Source of the DNA: Bilabrum cf. latius
Taxonomy: Eukaryota
Direction: 5' to 3'
DNA length: 64,000 nt
Assembly (NCBI GenBank): GCA_965178125.1
Contig: OZ237756.1
Span: 186,001 to 250,000, forward strand
The notes below the pieces were generated by a model that searched no databases, was not told where the DNA came from, and saw only the letters and a list, made by a program, of their open reading frames with translations. Made by a program: the position numbers and the translations under genes. Positions within the stretch are counted from its first letter, which is position 1. Every line of letters begins with the position of its first letter. Shown here in pieces: positions 60,316-64,000 of the stretch.

Positions 60316-61911
60316 ATGTCTCTTGGACTCGCGGAGGAGGCCGAATATGTCCAGCCCAGTCTCGACTTTCACTTTCTCGTATGTTCTGAAGTGTTCGTTG
60401 TCCACCTGCTGCCAGCGGCTATTGATTTACTGGGTATCTGGCTTGGTTTACTAACGTTTCTCTTGTTACCTGCTCGCCGTCTTGTTTCGCAGGCGCCGTA
60501 CACTGGGATACACAACTACAGGACCCTGGATTATACTAGATACCTCAAGCAGGTTGACAAGGCAGTGGAAGCAGTCAGACAAGGGAGATCAAAAACCAGC
60601 ATGCCTAGAAAGACTTCATAGAGGGGCATTGAGGAACTGGCATCGGTACTGTCCGAGGATGGCGTCCGGCTGCGATCCTTGCAAGTAAGTCAATCAGAGC
60701 GAGAAGGATTTGATGCAGGCGTAGGATCTGCGCTTTGCTCAGCAGTGTGCATGGACACGATTGACGGCTTCCCGCGTCTGCAGTGCCTGGTGTCATAGTG
60801 GGCGAAGTGGAGGCTGGACTGCATGGCTGCCCTTGCACCTGCCATGCTGCACGCGGGCGGCAAGAACCGGCTTCGAGTCCTGGTGCTGAAAGGGTTGACA
60901 CATATGTCATTGGAGTGCGTGCAGGTCTTGCATGCAGTGCTGTCCGACTCGCAGTGCAGTTTGGAGGTACTCAAGATCCGCGATATGCTAGGCAGCCTTC
61001 CCTGTATCCCCACCCGGAAGCCGGAAGTCATTGAGGAACTATACAAGATGAATCGTCTCATGGCCGACGGCATCCGATGCAACCGGAGCATTCGGTACTG
61101 CCACCTGGGTCCGTGCAACTTGGATCTTGACGCGATGCTGGCATGGACAGAGGCACTCAGCAGCAACAGCACGTTGGTGCAGGTGGAAACGAGCTGGATC
61201 CTTCTGCCGGGATGCGGTTTGGCCCCATACAATGCGATGGGGGAGTGTGCGGCCCGCATCGTGAGGGAGAACACCAGCATCCGGCACCTCACCTTCAGAT
61301 ACAACATGACTACAGGCCGTAAATCTACCCCGTGCCGATTGGGTCCGCTGTGTGATGCGGTACGGCAAAACAAATCGCTACGGTCGCTTGTGATCGGATC
61401 AACAGGCCTTCCCGACTTCCGGGGCTAGCCTGAAGAAGCAGCCAGACAGTGCGGCAGAATGCTGGAGGCTGTGCTGGCCAACCCGCGGATCGTGTTCCTC
61501 TGGTGGCAACGTGTGTGTGGTACCCACCACGAGGACCACACCATTCCTGCCATGCTGCCCCGGCTGCGGGCCTTCAACAGCCGTCGCAGGCGCATCGGTG
61601 CACTGCTGCATCACCGTGTGGCGAGCCAGGCCCGGCGGGATGCGGGGCTGGTGTGGCGGGCCGCATCCGAGGGCAGGCCTCTGGAGCTGGCCAGGAGGCT
61701 GAGGCTGGGTGTGATGGCGGGCGGGGCTGAGCTTAAGGTGGATGTGGGTGGGGTGAAGCAGAACGCGATGGAGGCAGCGATGGCAAATGGACACGATGAG
61801 TGCGGCGTGCTAGTGTGTCGGTCGCTGGCGAGGGAGGTGCGGAGGCGAGCGATCTACGGCCTAAATGCGGTTGCTGAAGTAGTGGTAAGTGATCAAACGT
61901 GTTTGCGTTGA
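60316..61911 (+). CDS. RNI-like LRR protein, copy B
   Basis: ORFs 60316, 60823 and 61459 are in one frame, joined by TAG 60619, 60796 and 61426. Probable intron 60379-60492. No frameshift; new C-terminus ending TGA. Confidence 0.7.
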
Positions 61912-62264
61912 TACGAAGCTGTAAGAATGTGCCGTGCTCCAAAAATTAAATTCAAAAATGGATCAAAAGGTGTTGGTTTGGGTACCTGGTGGGTACACGC
62001 AAGCATCCAGCATCTAGTATCGGCGCTTCCATCAGAGCAGCCAGCTGTCTTTCGGGCCAGTCTTTTTACGGCGTGGACCCCATCCGAATGGATGACATGG
62101 ACTTTTCTTTCTTCCAGTCCGCACTATCGCCGCTTGTTCCGGCGTCCCCATCTGGATATTGATTTTTAGCACCACCATACTCCTTATGGCTTCAACACCT
62201 GGTGTCCCCGTACGCTCGGATCTAGATGTACCAGGGTCGGACAGAATGACGCGAGTTCGAGGTT

Positions 62265-64000
62265 TCACCTATCTCGAAACCGAACCGATACATCTACACT
62301 GAGTGGTACATCCTCGAGACGCTCATTCTTAGAGTGTACATGCACATACAGAGAGGGCTCTTGCACCGTGACCCCGACGTGCCATTGGAGCGGCTCCTCT
62401 GACTCGGTCTCACCATCCATGGGTTGGCACGATTGTGCCCGGGACTGCCCACCAGCGCCGTGCGGGTCCAAAAACACCATGACGTTGATCGTTTCCGCCG
62501 CAGCCTCAGTGCCGCAGCGCGGTACACGTCTAGCAAGCACCGCAAATCGGCCCATGGTATTCGAATACAGCGTCCACGGACAGCCATCCAGGACATCGAT
62601 CAGCACGTCGGTTTCCTCGATCTCTGCTTCAGCGTCGGCCGAATCAGAGCCGAAACACATGCCAGAAAGCGTGAATAATGCAAATGAGAGCCCTGGATCT
62701 GCGGGTGCATCGCATTTGACTCGACTTGGGAATGCCTCATTCCGGGAGGTATCTTCTGCCGGCACGCTCTCTCTGTCGACAGAGCCAGCAGCACCACCGG
62801 CCACGCCACCCGCACTAGCCCCAGCAGACTTGACACCAGTTCTAGCCCCAGCACCATCGTCGCCAGTACTAGCCTTCTCACCCTTGCTGCCTGCCCTTGC
62901 CTCCGCACCGTCGCTACTAGCTCTAGTAGCTGCAGCGGCTTTAGCTTCATCCTCACGATCACGCCTGATGCCAGAGATATCTGCATCGATGCGAAGCAGC
63001 GAATCAAATGCAGGCTCACCGCCGGGCTCTGCGTGAATAACCAGCCTAGTCATTGTGCTACAACTCGCATCTGTACAAATAGTTTCGCGTAGCTCATCTT
63101 TCAGCTGGTAAGGGCCACCGCCGGCAGCCTGATGTATCGCAACGTGCACACCGGGGAATCGGCTCGTTGATTGACACTCGCTGCCTTCTGGTTCAATTTT
63201 TTTGAAGCAGCCACACCGGTACGTAAGCAGCACAGGGTCACACGCATCCTCACTGGGGTCGCATAGGGCTGGAAGCAGATCCGCACGCGGTACTTTCCAC
63301 GATTCAAGGTCGGTCGAGGCCATGTCCCTCATCACCAATCTCTAGTCCTCCCGACCTGCCATAGTATCTGCGAGCTGTGCCTCCAGCCATCCCTCACCAA
63401 CACCAAAAGGGGCGGACGCTGCTATCGCCAGCTCCACATCCTTGTTGTTGGCTTGCAGCAGATGGAAACCCTTGGTCACGTCGACGATCTGCAGCGTACT
63501 GGCCATGGTGATCAGCGATCTGGTCACACGAGGCGCCGAAAATGAAGTACCCCGCGTGGTTTCACGTCCCTAGACGAGTGTCTCAAAATCAACTTTGTTG
63601 ATTCCCTCACCCTAGGCGAATACATCGACAGCACGGCCGTAGTGAGAAAACCCGGACATGCGCACAAAAGGCTCTGCTGCTCGGCCAGCATGGGATGCAG
63701 CATATTGATCAGAAGCATCCGGCACTGGGACAGCGTGGGATCCCACGCAAATCACACCCTTGGCATTGCAAGGGTAGGAGTCGGCGGCATTCATGTGATT
63801 GTTGCCAGCTGCGGCCACAAGAAGGAAGCCCAGGTTGTGCAGCACATCGGAAAAGTGATCCAGCTCCTCTGAGATCCTGATCATAGTCTCCGCTCTGATG
63901 GGAGGCCTCTTGGTTCCGACCGCCTGCTTTCTTCCGTCCCAGTTCGTAATGGCCATATTCACCACCCCTAGGACGGTCCCATCACGAAAAGAGGCGCCCA
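62265..64000 (-). CDS. Subtilisin-like (S8) serine protease with long C-terminal extension, 5' end outside the window
   Basis: VVNMAI, LLVAAAGNN (oxyanion Asn), VICVGS, FSHYGRAVDVFA*G and then GTSFSAPRV (catalytic Ser), all in one frame across TAGs 63612, 63570 and 63342. The frame ends at TGA 62267-62265, which might overlap a splice donor. Confidence 0.82.

Larger units (their letters stand above)
56751..61860 (+). repeat. Tandem segmental duplication: copy A ~56751-59181, copy B ~59535-61860
   Basis: Both copies start ATGCCCGAGGTGGATGAGCTGCTGGATG and end ...GGAGGCGAGCGATCTA(T/C)GGC. They are collinear and highly similar, including intergenic and intronic DNA. Confidence 0.95.

Noticed and set aside
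1-64000. Mass pseudogenisation or C-to-T hypermutation as the source of the internal stops
   Set aside because: That would also create TAA (from CAA), TGA (from CGA) and frameshifts. Only TAG interrupts frames, and catalytic motifs are intact.
1-64000. Ciliate-type UAR=Gln code, or all three stops reassigned
   Set aside because: No internal TAA or TGA was found in any gene, and both occur at gene ends.
1-64000. Pyrrolysine amber decoding, or a recoded phage or prokaryote
   Set aside because: Spliceosomal introns and eukaryote-specific genes are present, no pyl genes are seen, and TAGs are numerous and context-free.
1-64000. Internal TAGs as 3' splice sites of tiny introns
   Set aside because: Most lack a matching GT donor or pyrimidine tract, and the frame is open on both sides. 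The confident introns here end mostly in CAG.

Overview
This is gene-dense, GC-rich eukaryotic nuclear DNA with GT-AG spliceosomal introns and flagellar genes. A heterotrophic flagellate, possibly a bicosoecid-like stramenopile, is an inference from gene content only. The main result is a non-standard genetic code. The fragments in the supplied ORF track join into about 20 complete genes if TAG is read as an amino acid. By hand count, roughly 80-85 in-frame TAGs sit inside 15 genes, often between catalytic motifs. No gene has an internal TAA or TGA, and every gene whose end is visible stops at TGA or TAA, never TAG. Reciprocal CAG/TAG swaps between tandem paralogues, a Gly-Gln repeat and an LRR consensus position point to UAG=Gln, with UAA and UGA kept as stops. 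Genes found: a TmcB/C-like membrane protein, a ~1900-aa multipass membrane protein, an MGCC-acylated protein, ATG4, CFAP53, a sulfotransferase-like/JmjC fusion, a ~4475-aa LCCL/cadherin/IPT-TIG/multi-TM surface protein, ALKBH1-like, JMJD6, XRCC2, a Whirly-like organellar protein, proteasome beta-3, LRRC71-like, a tandemly duplicated RNI-like LRR gene and an S8 protease. No tRNA, rRNA, CRISPR array or recognisable transposon was seen. In quoted peptides, * marks an in-frame TAG. All gene models were read by hand.
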